A program made the translations under genes and the position numbers. Source: the human T2T-CHM13v2.0 reference genome, Homo sapiens. From it: 64,000 nt of DNA. Below, one piece after another: positions 1-13,395 of this stretch; positions within the stretch are counted from its first letter, which is position 1, and each line of letters starts with the position of its first letter. The stretch lies in the NCBI RefSeq assembly GCF_009914755.1, contig NC_060927.1; one strand, given 5' to 3'. The notes under the pieces are model-generated. The model had not been told where the DNA came from. It did no database searches and saw nothing but the letters and a program-made list of their open reading frames with translations.

Positions 1-91
1 ATAGTTTGCTGAGAATGATGATTTCCAATTTCATCCATGTCCCTACAAAGGACATGAACTCATCATTTTTTATGGCTGCATAGTATTCCAC
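1..91 (-). mobile_element. L1PA 3'-region fragment (continues outside window)
   Basis: ttcatccatgtccctacaaaggacatgaactcatc is the antisense L1PA ORF2 C-terminus. Confidence 0.85.
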
Positions 92-624
92 GGGTATCAC
101 CCACATTTCTAATCTTTCAGCTGAAAACATACAAAATGTAAACAGTGAAACAGCTCTTCCTTCTGTTAGAGTTTTTGAGATTGCAGAATCATGGGATATT
201 GTCTTAGACTGTTTAGAGCTAAAAGGAACCTACTCCAGTGGTTCTCAGACTTGATTTAGTATGAGATCTCTTTAAATAAAATCTTATGAAGAAGTCCAAT
301 TCCTATGTGAACAGAAAGCAGAGCTGCTTTTGTTGCAGGAGTGTTCTGGCTGGGCAATGACTCTCCTGTTTGTCAGCCTCTAACACAGGATTATCTGAAT
401 CACTTCTTTGAACCTCTAGGACCAAGAAGAGCTAAGTCTGAAAGTCATGATTAAATGAATTCCTCCATTTTACAAAGGACAAAAATGAGTCCCAGAGGGT
501 TAACAATTAATTTAGTAGAGTGAAGTAGAGTGAGAGACCCTTAGGGAGGGTGCATAGAAATAAGCTGAAGGTCACTGGTTCAAATTAATGGTACAGAATA
601 GAGATTAGAGATATTTAGGATCTA

Positions 625-854
625 GGCTCACCGTATCCTCCACCTCTCAGGTTCAAGCGATTCTCCTGCCACAGCCTCCTGAGTAGCTGGGATTATAGGC
701 ATGCACCACCAAGCACGGCTAATTTTGTATTTTTAGTAGAGATGGGTTTTCTCCATGTTGGTTAGGCTGGTCTCAAACCCCTGACCCCAGGTGATCCACC
801 CACCTCGGCCTCCCACAGTGCTGGGATTACAGGCATGAGCCACCACGCCTGGCC
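625..854 (-). mobile_element. AluS lacking its 3' end and tail
   Basis: Antisense Alu body ending ...cacgcctggcc; no polyT. Confidence 0.85.
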
Positions 855-1493
855 AAGAAGAAGGTTTAATTTAGATCTAGAGAAGGATTTCCAATAGAAA
901 TGGATACAAAACTTTGCAACTTGGAAATCACTGACCTGGAATCTGTTCAATGTAGCAAAGCTGCATATCTGTCTAGAGAGAATGAAAACTAGTTTTAATT
1001 ACAGCCTTATATTCAGGTGGAGACTATCAAACAGCTGTTAGTCACCATCATCTTTGGCATTATCAAACATCCATTAAAGGTCTTTACAAGTTAGACACAA
1101 AGGCGCTTTTCTTTCTGGACACAGTTTTTGCAGATCCATAGTTTAGACAGACAACAACATGGTGATTTTCTGATGACTTATGGGAGGAATATTACCCAGT
1201 TCCAAACTTTTTCTCTTTCCACTCTGTGTTGAAAATTAAACTCAAAACTCACTTGGTTCAGGAAATGTCTACCCACGTGACTCTGCTTGCCATTGTAGCA
1301 ACTTTTATTCTTAATTTACTTTGTTGAACCTCTGTTCCTCACCCATAAGATAGCAATAAGAAAATTTCTCACTGTTTTTGTATGAAAAAAACGAAACAAC
1401 CTATCTTAGCTGTTTAGCACAGTGCCTGACACTTAGCAATTATCTAAAAACTTTTAGTTTCTCCTCTGATGTGAATCACTGATGACTTATTAA

Positions 1494-1799
<306 letters not shown>

Positions 1800-2323
1800 T
1801 GACTCAGTCAAATATTCTATCAAAATAAGAAATTTTCTTATTATTCCTATCTTACCGGTGCATAACAGAGGTTCAGCAAAGTAAATTAAGAATAAAAGTT
1901 GCTACAGCAGCAAGTGGAATCAGGTGGGTAGACATTTCCTGACCTGTTAAGTTTTGAGTTTAATTTTCAACACAGAGGGGAAACAGAAAAAGTCTGGAAC
2001 TGGCTAATGTTCCTCCCATGAGTCGTCAGAAAATCGCCATGTTGCTGTCTGTCTAAACTATGGATCTGCAAAGAATTACAAAAAGATCAAATTTCTCTTT
2101 ATCTTCCCATCTTTTCTTTTAGAATCCACTCTAATTTCTAGGCCCTGTTACTTTTTGTTTCATCCATTCCTCCCTTTTTTCTTTTATTCTGGAATAATAA
2201 CAACAATGTTAACTGATGATATAAAGAAAGTGGAGACTAAAGTTGATACCCATATTCAACACTGTAGTTTATCTTTAGTTACAAAGCTTTTAGAATTTCT
2301 TTTCCTAAAACATTCACATTTCT

Positions 2324-2645
2324 TTTTCTTTTTCTTTTCTTTTCTTTTTTTTTTTTTTGGGGGGGGGGGACAGGGTGTTACTCTGTTGCACAGGCTGGAG
2401 TGCAGTGGTGCAATCTTGGCTTACTGCAACCTCCGCCTCCCAGGTTCAATTGATTCTTCTGCCTCAGCCTCCTGAGTAAGTGGCATTATAGGTGCCCACC
2501 ACCACACCCAGCTAATTTTGTATTTTTAGTAGAGATGGTGTTTCTCCATGTTGACCAGGGTGGTCTTGAACTCCTAACCTTAGGAGTTTGCCAGGCTCGG
2601 CCTCCCAAAGTGCTGGGATTACAGGTGTGAGCATCGTGCCCAGCC
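2324..2645 (-). mobile_element. AluS
   Basis: Full body; TSD AACATTCACATTTCT. Confidence 0.9.
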
Positions 2646-2799
2646 AACATTCACATTTCTAATGCTTCTTTCATCTTTAGGTGGTTAGAAAACATCTTTT
2701 ATCTTTAGTTAATAAATTCTATAGCTTTGACCAAGGGTAAGTATCTCTGAAGATAAACTTATGGTCAATTCAGATGAGCAAAACTTTACCCATGTTATT

Positions 2800-4575
2800 C
2801 AAGTGGAAATTCTAGAACTGAAAAATTCAATATCTGAAATGAAAAGTTTGAAGACGCACTTAACAACAGATTCAAGATTTCAGAAGTCTGGAGATTGAGG
2901 TTCTTGAGATTGAGGACAAATCAATAGAAATTATCTAATCAATATAATAGAGAAGAAAAAAAGATTGAGATAAGAATGGACAGAGCCTCAATGACGTGTG
3001 GGACAATATCAAGAGATCTATATATCCTTGTAGTCACAGAGAGAGAGACAGAAATGGGGAAATGGGGCAGAGAAAATATTTGAAGACATGATGGCTCTAA
3101 TCCCTCTAAATTTGGTGGAAAACATCAGTTTACAAATATAAGAAGCTCAACAAACACCAAGAAGTATAAATACAAAGAAAATCACACTTTGGAATATTAT
3201 AGTCAACCTCATGACCACCAAAGATAAAGAGAAAAGCTTGGAAGCAACCAAACATGAAGGACACATTCATACAAAAAGAAAAATAAGATGAACAATGGTT
3301 GACTTCTGACGGAGGCCAGAAGACAATGGAATGACACACCCAGAGTCCTAAGAGAAAAACAAATCAATCAACCCAGAATTCTATATCCAGTGAAAATATT
3401 CCTCAAAAATTAGGGTAAAATGAAGACTTTTTTTCAGATTTAAAAAAGTGGAAGGAATTAGTCACTTTCAGACTATAAAAAATGACTTTTTTTCATAATA
3501 TTTTTGAAAAAACAACCAAATGATTAAAGCTAAAACAACAAAAATGTGTGACTGATTTCATAACATATGTGTGTATGTATATATATATATACATATATAT
3601 AATGACAACAATAGCACAAAGGATGAGGGAGGAGGCATACTGGATTATTCTGTTGTAAAGTTCTTAACTGTATATAAAGTAACTGTATATATACAGTATA
3701 TACTGTATATATACTGTATATATACAGTATATACTGTATATATAACAGATGATTATACTTAGGATAATAGTATTTACTTGAATACAAAGTATATACTGTA
3801 TATACAAAGTATATACTGTATATACAGCATATACTGTATATATACAGTATGTACAAAGTATATACAGTATATACCTGGTATATATACAAGGTATATACAG
3901 TATATACAGCATATACCTGGTATATACTTTGTATTCAAGTAAATACTATTATCCTATATTATATACTGTATCCTATATATACAGTATCTATACTTTATGT
4001 ATACTGTATACATACTGTATGTATACTGTATAGATACTGTATCGATACTGTATAGATACAGTATAGATACTGTATCGATACTGTATAGATACAGTATAGA
4101 TACTGTATCGATACTGTATCTATACAGTATACTGTATCGATACTGTATCTATACAGTATACTGTATACTGTATCGATACTGTATCTATACAGTATCGATA
4201 CTGTATCTGGATACAGTATCGATACTGTATCTATACTGTATCGATACAGTATCTATACTTTATATATACTATATATACTGTATATACTTTATATATACAG
4301 TATATATAAAGTATATAGTATGTACAGTATATATGGTATATAACTGTATATACAGTATATAACTGTATATAATGTAACACAATACTAATTCTAAGTAGAT
4401 TATGATAATTTAAGGATTAATACTGTAATCACTAGAACAATCACTTTAGAAAACAAACGGCTAAATACATAGTAGATAAATGAAGATAGAATACCAAAAA
4501 CAATTTGATTAATTCAAAAGAAGGAATAGAGGAGTAAAGACATGGAAGAAACAGAAATCAAATAGCAAGATGACC
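2800..4575 (+). mobile_element. Old L1M ORF1/inter-ORF fragment interrupted by a TA-rich expansion
   Basis: L1 ORF1-type sequence (gaagctcaacaaacaccaag; caacccagaattctatatccagtgaaaatattcctcaaaaat); boundaries approximate. Confidence 0.7.
3665..4372. repeat. Complex TA-rich quasi-palindromic minisatellite (TATATACTG/CAGTATATA, GATACTGTATC units)
   Basis: Read directly; source of the Y/I/T-rich spurious ORFs. Confidence 0.9.
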
Positions 4576-6247
4576 CTTCTCAATCATTTCAAATAGTAGA
4601 ATGGAACACTCCCTTTTCTGAATCCCTTATCATTCTCACAAATTTTTTTTACATTATACCTTGCATGATAAGTATTTGTTTATTATTTTTTTCCTCCTAC
4701 TAAAGTTCCTCGAGGATTAGTACTGTGGTAAAATAGAAGAAGAGATGAAAACTATGCAGACCTTCAAATTCACTAGCAATTCAATTTAAGGGTCTTCTAG
4801 AAGTCTTGTTTGCTCCTATTTGGATAAAAAACCATAAGTAGCCAAGAGTAGGTTCAAGCAATTTTACAATTTCTTGTCATATTTCAAATAATTTTTTTGC
4901 CTCCTGACCCATTCATTGATCTAATCATTTCCACATAGTCCCAACTGATCAAGAGGTCACCATAAGCTACATCTAAATCAGATAGCAAAGAGGTTTCTTA
5001 TTGATGAGGGCCAATTCCAATTAGACATAGTTGCTTTAATGTCAGCCATGGGTATTGTATGGGAGTGGGAAGTGACAGCATGACTGGTGTATATGATGAT
5101 CTCAATTTCAGGTGTGATGATGCTAATGTTTACTGTGACCAAAATTCCAGAACAAATCCTATAAGTATGTGCTTAGTTGTCAGACATGTGTTCAAATCTG
5201 GGAATCAGGAAACAGATGATTATACTTAGGATAATAGTATTTACTTGAATTAGCATGGAAGTTCCTAGAAACAGTCTTATTCAAAAGTTTATCAGTATTT
5301 TAGTGTCCATAATGATTCTTCAGATGATGAGATAAAACTTGCTAATTTTGGTCCAAGAGTAAGTGAACTCACTCTATTATTATTATTGATTGTTCTAGCA
5401 AGTGCTCCCTAGAGAAGTAGTTTGTAAATAAACACTTTGGAAAAAGTAATGTTTTTATTTGTAGCCTCGATAACCTAGGTATAGATCTATTGAATGTTTT
5501 ATCAGTAGAAGTTCTTTTTTAGTCCCTTAATTTTCATGCCATATTTTAAAAATCAAAAGAAATGAATTTGCTATTGACTACATAGAAATTTTTAGAATGA
5601 ATTGATCCTCCTTAAAGCTTACTAAGATGAAAAACTAACTCTAAAGTCATAACCAAATGTTATACAATGTGAGAAAATCAGAATACCCAGAACTAAAACC
5701 AGAAAATTAGTATTCGTTTCACTCACACTCAAATATCCTTTTACTCAGTGTCTAGTTCCATTACATTTTTCAAAAATTCTGCCACAGAAGCAGCCAATAA
5801 CTCTATCAATGTTCATTATCAGGCTTCTGATCAGAGGAGTATCAAGAAGTCATTTTCTAATTCCATTTAAAAAAATAAAGCAAATAATTTTCCTTGAAAT
5901 TTAATTTGCTCTTGAGAGTCTGATTTTTAAAACCTTATAATCATATGACTCAATGTTCAAAATATGAAATCATCTAAATGTTATGCTTTTCTCTAAAAAC
6001 ACAAAAAGGATAGATGCAAATATGAAAAACAACTCATTTTCATCAAAAGAAGAAAGGGATTACTAAAAACAGCATGAATGTTTGCTTTTTTTTTGACACT
6101 ACAAGTCTCACTTTCTTTGAACTACTTTTGTACTTACAATTAATGCAGTTTATAAGTTACTTTTGATTTTTACACATAACAGATTTATTAATAATTTTAT
6201 GAAGATGTAATTCACGTACTACACAATTCACCCATTTAAAATATCTA

Positions 6248-9200
6248 AATATCTGTTAAGTCCATTTGTTTTATGGTATAGTTTAAGTCCATCGTTTCTT
6301 TGTTGACTTTCTGTCTTGATGACCTGTCTGGTGCTGTCAATGGAGTATTGGAGCCCCCCACTATTATTGTGTTGCTATCTCATTTCTTAGGTCTAGTAGT
6401 AATTGTTTTATAAATTTGGGAGCTCCAGTGTTTGGTGCATATATATTTAGGATTGTGATATTTTCCTGTTGGACTAGTCCTTTTATCATTATATAATGTC
6501 CTTCTTTGTCTTTTTTGACTGCTGTTGCTTAAAAGTTTGTTTTGTCTGATGTAAGAATGGCTACTCCTGCTTGCTTTTGGTGTCCATTTGCATGGAATGT
6601 CTTTTTCCATCCCTTTACCTTAAGTTTATGTGAGTCCTTATGTGTTAGATAAGCCTCTTGAAGATGGCAGATACTTGGTTGGTGAATTCTTACCCATTCT
6701 GCCATTCTGTATCTTTCAAGTGGAGCATTTAGGCCATTTATTAATACGTTCAACGTTAGTAATGAGATGTGAGGTACTATTCTATTCATTGTGTTATCTG
6801 TTGCCTGAATAACTTGTTGCTGCTGTTGTTGTTTTATTGTGTTTTTGTTTTATAGGTCCTGTGAGATTTATGCTTTAAGGAGGTTCTATTTTGGTGTATT
6901 TCAAGGATTTGTTTCAAGATTTAGAGCTCCTTTTAGCAGTTCTTGTAGTGCTGGCTTGGTAGTGATGAATTCTCTCAGCATTTGTTTATTCATTTATAAA
7001 GATTAGTTTTGCTGGATACAAAATTCTTGGCTGATAATTGTTTTGTTTAAGGAGGCTAAAAATAGGACCCCAATCCCTTCTAATTTGTAGGGTTTCTGCA
7101 AAGAAATTAGCCATTAAGCTGACAGGTTTTCCTTTATAGGCTACCTACTGGTTTTGCCTGACAGCTCTTAAGATTATTTTCTTTGTCTTGATTTTAGATA
7201 ACCTGATGACTATGTGCCTAGGTGATGATCTTTTTGCAATGAATTTCCCAGGTGTTCTTTGAGCTTCTTGTATTTGGATGTCTAGATCTCTAGCAAGGCC
7301 AGGGAAGTTTTCCTCAAATATTCCCTAAAATAAGTTTTCCAAACTTTTAGATATCTCTCCTTTTTTGGGAACACCAATTATTCTCAGGTTTGTTCATTTA
7401 ACATAATCTCAAACTTCTTGGATGCTTTGTTCATTTTTTAAATTATTTTTTCTTTGTCTTTGTTGGAGTGGGTTGATTCAAGAGCCTTGTCTTCCAGCTC
7501 TGAACTGTTTTCTTCTACTTGTTCAATTTTATTGCTGAGAATTTCCAGTGTATTTTGCATTTTTCTAAGTGTGTTCTTCATTTCCAGAAGTTGAGATTTT
7601 TTTTATTTATGCCATCTACTTCTCTGGAAATTTTTCCATCCATGTCCTGTAACATTTTTAAGATTTCTTTAAGTTGATATTCACCTTTCTCTGGTGCCTC
7701 CTTAAGTAGCTTAATAATCGACCTTCTGGGCCAGGCATGGTTGCTCATGCCTGTAATCCCAGCACTTTGGGAGGCCAAGGCGGGCAGATCATCTGAGGTC
7801 GGGAGTTTGAGACCAGCCTGGCCAACATGGCAAAACCCTATCTCTAATAAAAATACAATAATTAGCCGGGTGTTGTTGCGTGTGCCTGTAGTCCCAGCTA
7901 CTCAGGAGGCTGAGGCAGGATAATCACTTGAAGCCGGGAGGCAAAGGTTGAAGTGAACCAAGATTGCACCACTGCACTCCATCCTGGAGGACACAGTGAG
8001 ACACTGTCTCAATAAAATAAAATAAAATAATAAAATAAATCGACCTTCTGAATTCTTTTCCTGGCAATTCAGAGATTTCTTCTTGGTTTGGATCCATTGC
8101 TGGTGAGCTGGTATGATCTTCTGGGGGTGATTTAAAAAACAAAAAACAAAAAAAAAAAAACCTTGTTTTGTCATGTTACCAGAATTGTTTTTCTGGTTCT
8201 TTCTTATTTGGGTAGACTATGTCAGAGGGTAGATCTGGGGCTCAAGGGCTGCTTTAAGATTCTTTTGTCCCACAGGGTGTTCCCTTGATGTGGTGCTGTT
8301 CCCCCTTCCCCTAGGGATGGGGCTTCCTGAGAGCTTAACGGCAGTGATTGTTATTTCTCTTCTGGGTCTGGCCACCTAGTGGAGCTTCCGAGTTCTGGGC
8401 TGGTACTAGGGAGTGTTGGCAAAGGGTGCTGTGATGTGATCTGTCTTCAGGTCTTTCAACAGCAATAGTATAGGGAGGATACAAGTTTGCCCTAGGGTTG
8501 TCTGGATAAGTTTTGTGTTGGTTGGCCTCCAGCCAGGAGGTGGCGCTTACAAGAGAGCATCAGCTGTAGGTAGTATAGGGAAGGAGGATACAGGCTTTCC
8601 CTAGTGACACCTGGATAAGAATTTGGGTTTCTCAGGTGGTGGGTGGGGCCGTAGAGCTCCGGACAGATTATGTTCTTTATCTCTGGCTACCAGGGTGGGT
8701 TGAGAAAGACCATCAGGTTGGGGCAGGGTTAGGGGTGTCTGAGCTCAGACTCTCCTTGGGCAGGGCTTGCTGCAGCTGCTGTAGGGGATAAGGGTGTGGT
8801 TCTCAGTCCAATGGAGTTATGTTCCCAGGGCAATTATGGCTGTCTGTGCTGTGTCATGCAGTTCACCAGGGAAGTGGGGGAAAGCTAGTGGTTACAGGCC
8901 TTACCAAGTTCCCACACAGCCAGAAAGGCCAGTCTCACTCCCACCCTGCCCCCACAACAGCACCAAGTTTATAGCCAGGCGGCCAGTGAGCAGGGCTGAG
9001 AACTTGTCCCAGGCTGCAAGCCCCTCCACTGAGAACGAAAGCAGGGCTTTCAGGTTTCATGCCTCCCCGCCTGCCACAGCTTCTGTGCTGAGTCCGCACT
9101 CTCAGTTCCTCCCTTTCTCCGGGTTCCGTCCCAAAAACTTCACATTGGGTTGAAATTGTTACAAAGCTCAGCTGAAAGTTTCCTTCTCCCTGTGGTCTTT

Positions 9201-9665
9201 CCCCAATTTCACAGGCAGCCCTCCCTAAGGACCCCTGTGAGCAAAGTCAGAAATGGCTTTCCTGGGGACCGAGAGTGCCCACAGTGCTCTTCCTGTTGCT
9301 TAGAAGTAGAGACCCCTGTATTTCACTGGCTCTCTAAATTTGTCTCAGCTCCAGGTAAGGTCAAATACTTCTCCCATGATTTGGGCCTTCAGGTTCCCCA
9401 GTGAGGATGTGTGTTTGTGGGCAGAGCAGATGATCCCCCTTTCACACTTTCACACTTTGGGCACTCACAGTTTTTCAGCTGTCTCACGGAACCTGCAGCG
9501 CCAATCCACTTCCTTTACAGAGTCTGTGGATTCTCTCGGCACTCCTGATACATTCCTGTGGTAGTTCTTAGAGCAAAAGTTCGCAGTGTGAGTCTCCACA
9601 TGCTGCTCTGTCCATCCAAGTGGGAACTGCAAGTTAGTCCTGCCTCCTATCTGCCATTTTTTTGG
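6248..9665 (-). mobile_element. L1PB-type element: 5'UTR, ORF1 and start of ORF2; 3' part missing
   Basis: Minus-strand ORF 6529-6789 is the L1 endonuclease N-terminus (HISLLTLNV..NGLNAP..WKKTFHANG); GC-richer 5'UTR at 8200-9665. Confidence 0.85.
7729..8039 (+). mobile_element. AluS inserted in L1
   Basis: Full body, (TAAAA)n tail, TSD AATCGACCTTCTG. Confidence 0.9.
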
Positions 9666-9789
9666 TACCATCATTTTTAAATATATTATAATTGAAAGGA
9701 ACTGGTAAAGAAAACATAGGATTTCTCTGCATTATTTCTTACAACTACATGTTAATCACAATTATGTTAAAATAAAATACAATTTAAAA

Positions 9790-10200
9790 AACTCCTAGCA
9801 AAGTAGGGATAGGTTAGAACTTCCAAATTTGATTTAAAAAAATAGTTCTAAATACATACAACAAACATTATACTTCATGTGAAAATATTAAAAGTTTTTC
9901 TTCAATATCATGAACAAGACAAGTACCTGTTCTCACCACTTTTATCCAGCACTCTATTAGAAGTTCTAGCTAGTGCAATAAAGCAAGATAATGACATAAA
10001 AATTATAAGATCAGGAAAAGAAGAATTAAAACTGTCAGTATTCACAGATAACATGGCTATACATGTAAAACTTCCAAAAAAAGGAGAGATAATTTTTTAA
10101 TTAATAGATGCATTTGCTAAGATATTGGATGCAGAGTCAATACATAAAAATAAATTCTATATGCTAGAAAAAAATTTGAATATGTCATTTTCAATCTAAT
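9790..10200 (+). mobile_element. Old L1M ORF2 (RT) fragment
   Basis: ORF 9879: SPLLSSTLLEVLASAIKQ...KEELKLSVFTDNM (L1 RT motif). Confidence 0.75.
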
Positions 10201-10224
10201 CAAATAACATTAAATCCTTCAAAG

Positions 10225-11005
10225 GTTCATGTCACCTCACCAGGTAAAGAACCACAGCCAACTGAGGGACTTGCTGAGGCAAAGGGAATATTGGAGGTAG
10301 AGTGGAAGAAGGTAGGTAGTTACAAATACCAGCTATGACCACATGACCAGTTACCAAAATCAGAACTATAATTGTCATATTTGCTCATTTTTGTTATAAA
10401 TACATTTGTATGTGTGTGTACAAAGCAAATATTTTTCCTTTCTTATCACCTTAACATGTAACATAAGATATATTGACTTTATATCATAGAATTTAAGTAT
10501 TATTAATGTTGCATCACAGTGTGTAAGTTACAGGACATCAAGAAGAGTAAATATCAGCCAAAGACTTTGCATCTTCTTCTGGGGAAAGGATTGGTGCATT
10601 TTCAGTTGTACCCACATAATTCCATACCTCATGTTAGGTAGAGGTATAACCTTATTATTGTCCTTATTTGAAGATTTAAATATGGTTTAGGAGATGGGTA
10701 TGAGTGCCAAGGTGACAAGGAGTGAGCTTGTGATGGTTAATTTTCTGTATCAACCCTTCTAGGCCACAGTGTCTGGATAGTTGGTCAAATGTTATTCTGG
10801 ATATTTCCAAAAGGGTGTTTGTGGATGAGATCAACATTTAAATTGGTGGATTTTGAATAAAGCAGATTGTCTTCCATAATGTGGGTTGGGTTCGTACAAT
10901 TAGTGGAAGGCCTTAATAGAAGAAACAACTGACTTCCCCCAAACAAAAGGGAATTCTGTCAGCAGGTGGTCTTCACATTTCAACTGCAACATGGACTCTT
11001 CCTGG
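10225..11005 (+). mobile_element. ERVL internal 3' end plus partial MLT2 LTR
   Basis: PPT-like gacaaggagtg before TGTGATGGTTAATTTT (10729); MLT2-type body. Confidence 0.7.
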
Positions 11006-11253
11006 CTGTTTGTGGAGCAGGTAGAAGAGGGACAATGGGGGAACTGTACTTTCTGCTCAGTATTTCTGTGGACCTAAACACTTCTGTAAAAAATAAAGTC
11101 TTTTTAAAAAGGAAAATAATACTTTTCTAACATTATGAAGAAACACACTAAAGGCTTAGAAAAAGGGAGGCTGGTTAAAAGGTTAATTCAATGAAGTAAT
11201 AAGGGTTTTAGCTGAGATACGCTACAAGAAGTTGGTGAATATACCTCCTAACC

Positions 11254-11549
11254 TTTTTTTTTTTTTTTTTTGAGATGGAGTCTTGCACTGTTGCCCAGGC
11301 TGGAGTGCAATGGCGCAATCTTGGCTCACAGCAACCTCCACCTCTCGGGTTCAAGTAATTCTGCCTCAGCCTCCTGAGCAGCTGGGATTACAGGCATGTG
11401 CCATCAGCCCTGGCTAACTTTTGTATTTTTATTAGAGACAGGGTTTCGCCATGTTGGCAAGGCTGGTCTTGAACTCCTGACCTCAAGTGATCCTCCCACT
11501 TTGGCCTCCCAAAGTGCAGGATTACAGATGTGAGCCACTGTACCCAGCC
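11254..11549 (-). mobile_element. AluS
   Basis: PolyT plus full body. Confidence 0.9.
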
Positions 11550-11889
11550 TCCTCTTAACCTTTCTAATGCTATTTAACTGTCTGCCTTTTAACTGTGAGA
11601 AGAAAGATAAATTTAGCCTTATCCTTTTCTGAATTGATGAAAATGAATTTTGAATTGCCAACCTACTAATTAACAAATTTCAGACATATTTATAATGGAA
11701 ACAATGCTACAACTGAAATAGCACAAGTTTCATATGTATTGACTTAAAGCATGGCAATAAATTTGTTTATTGATGGACTCTATATTTTTAAAAAACTGTG
11801 ACTAGTCCCACATTACCAACAGTAATCCTAATACCTTGAGACATAAAAATACAGTAATAAGAAGTTATCTTTATTATTTTTTTAAAAAA

Positions 11890-13395
11890 TCATTATTTAA
11901 AGTCATATGGTTGTATGTGTAAACATTCCAAAAGAATTACGGGTAGTTTTAGAATTTGTAAGTGTATTAGCAAAGAAACTAGATGTGAAGTCAATATACA
12001 AAAATCAATTCTATACACTAGCCAAAAAAGAAAAAAAGAAAATATGCCATTTACAACATAATCAAATAATGTTAAACACTTAGAGATATATAACACAAAA
12101 TGTATGTACAAGGCCTCTACATAAAAAACTATAAGCATTATTGTGAAAAATTAAGGACGATCAAGTAAATTAGAGAATATAAGACATAGATTTTTAAATC
12201 AATATTATAAAAATGTCAACTTCTGGAACTGACCCATGGAGCCAATATAATCCTAGCCAAAATCCCAATAAGTTATTTTTGTTGTTATTAAGAAATAGAC
12301 AAGCTGATGATATAATTTATATTGAGGCAAGTATAGTCAAGTCACTGTTAAAGAAGAACACCAGAGGAGAATTTGCTCTACTGAGTACCAAGTCCTATTG
12401 TAAAGCTACAGAAATTAAGCGTGTAGTACTGGCACAAAAACACAGTCAGACTATTGAAACAGACTAAAAAATGCAGAAACAGACTATGCAATTGTGACAA
12501 AAGTAACTGCAAGAACAATGGGTAAAGATGGTTTCTTTAATAAATAATGCCAGGCCAATGTGTTAATTTTCTATAGCTGTTGTAACAACCACAAACTTAA
12601 TGGTTTAAAACAGTATCAGTTTACTATTTTAATGTTAGGTCAGAAGTATAGCACAGGTCTCACAGGGCTAATATCAAAGTGTTTGTAGAGCTCTGCTGTT
12701 TTCTGGAGGTTTTAGGAGTGAATTATTTCCTTGCTATTTCCAACTTCTAAAGACCACTCACGTTCCCACCATGTGCCACACCAGATCATGACCCCTTTCT
12801 CCATCTTCACAGTGAGCAATGTTATATCTCTCTGTCATTCCCTAGTCACAGTCCCCTCTTACTACAGCGTGAAATTGTTCTTGCAATTTAAGGACCCGTT
12901 TAATTAGATTGGGTCCACTGACATGATCTAAGATAATCTCCTTATCTCGAGATCACATCTGCCAAGTCTTCTTTGCCATGAAAGGTAACATATTCACAGT
13001 CTCCAGTGATCAGGACATGGACATCTTTGTGGGGCCATCATTCCGCCTAGCACAGTCAATTATACATTCCTATGTAAAAAATAGGAAACATTTCTCTATC
13101 TCTCACCACACACAAAAATCAGTTCCAGATGGACTGTAACTCTCAATGTGAGAGTGAAAAATAAAGGTTTAGAAGATATAGAAGGATGTCTTCATGATAT
13201 TGGGGTAGTGAAGAATTTCATAGCCAGAATACAAAAAACAAAAACAAAAAACAAAAAAAAACCCTTAAGATTGAGAAAATGACCTAGATTAAAATTAAGA
13301 ACATCTTTTTATTAAAAGATTCTATTAAAAAGTGAAATGAAAGCCACAGAGTGAGAGAAGGCATATGGAGCAAATGTCATCAATGAAGGACTGTG
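11890..13395 (+). mobile_element. Old L1M ORF2 fragment split by an MLT1 LTR
   Basis: Degenerate L1 ORF2-like sequence on both sides of the LTR. Confidence 0.65.
12559..13054 (-). mobile_element. MLT1 (MaLR) solo LTR
   Basis: TG...CA termini, TSD GCCAA/GTCAA, MLT1-type body. Confidence 0.75.

Noticed and set aside
3530-4362. Several Y/I/T/V-rich ORFs; repeat array superficially CRISPR-like
   Set aside because: Translations of a TA-rich minisatellite; no repeat-spacer structure, and the DNA is human
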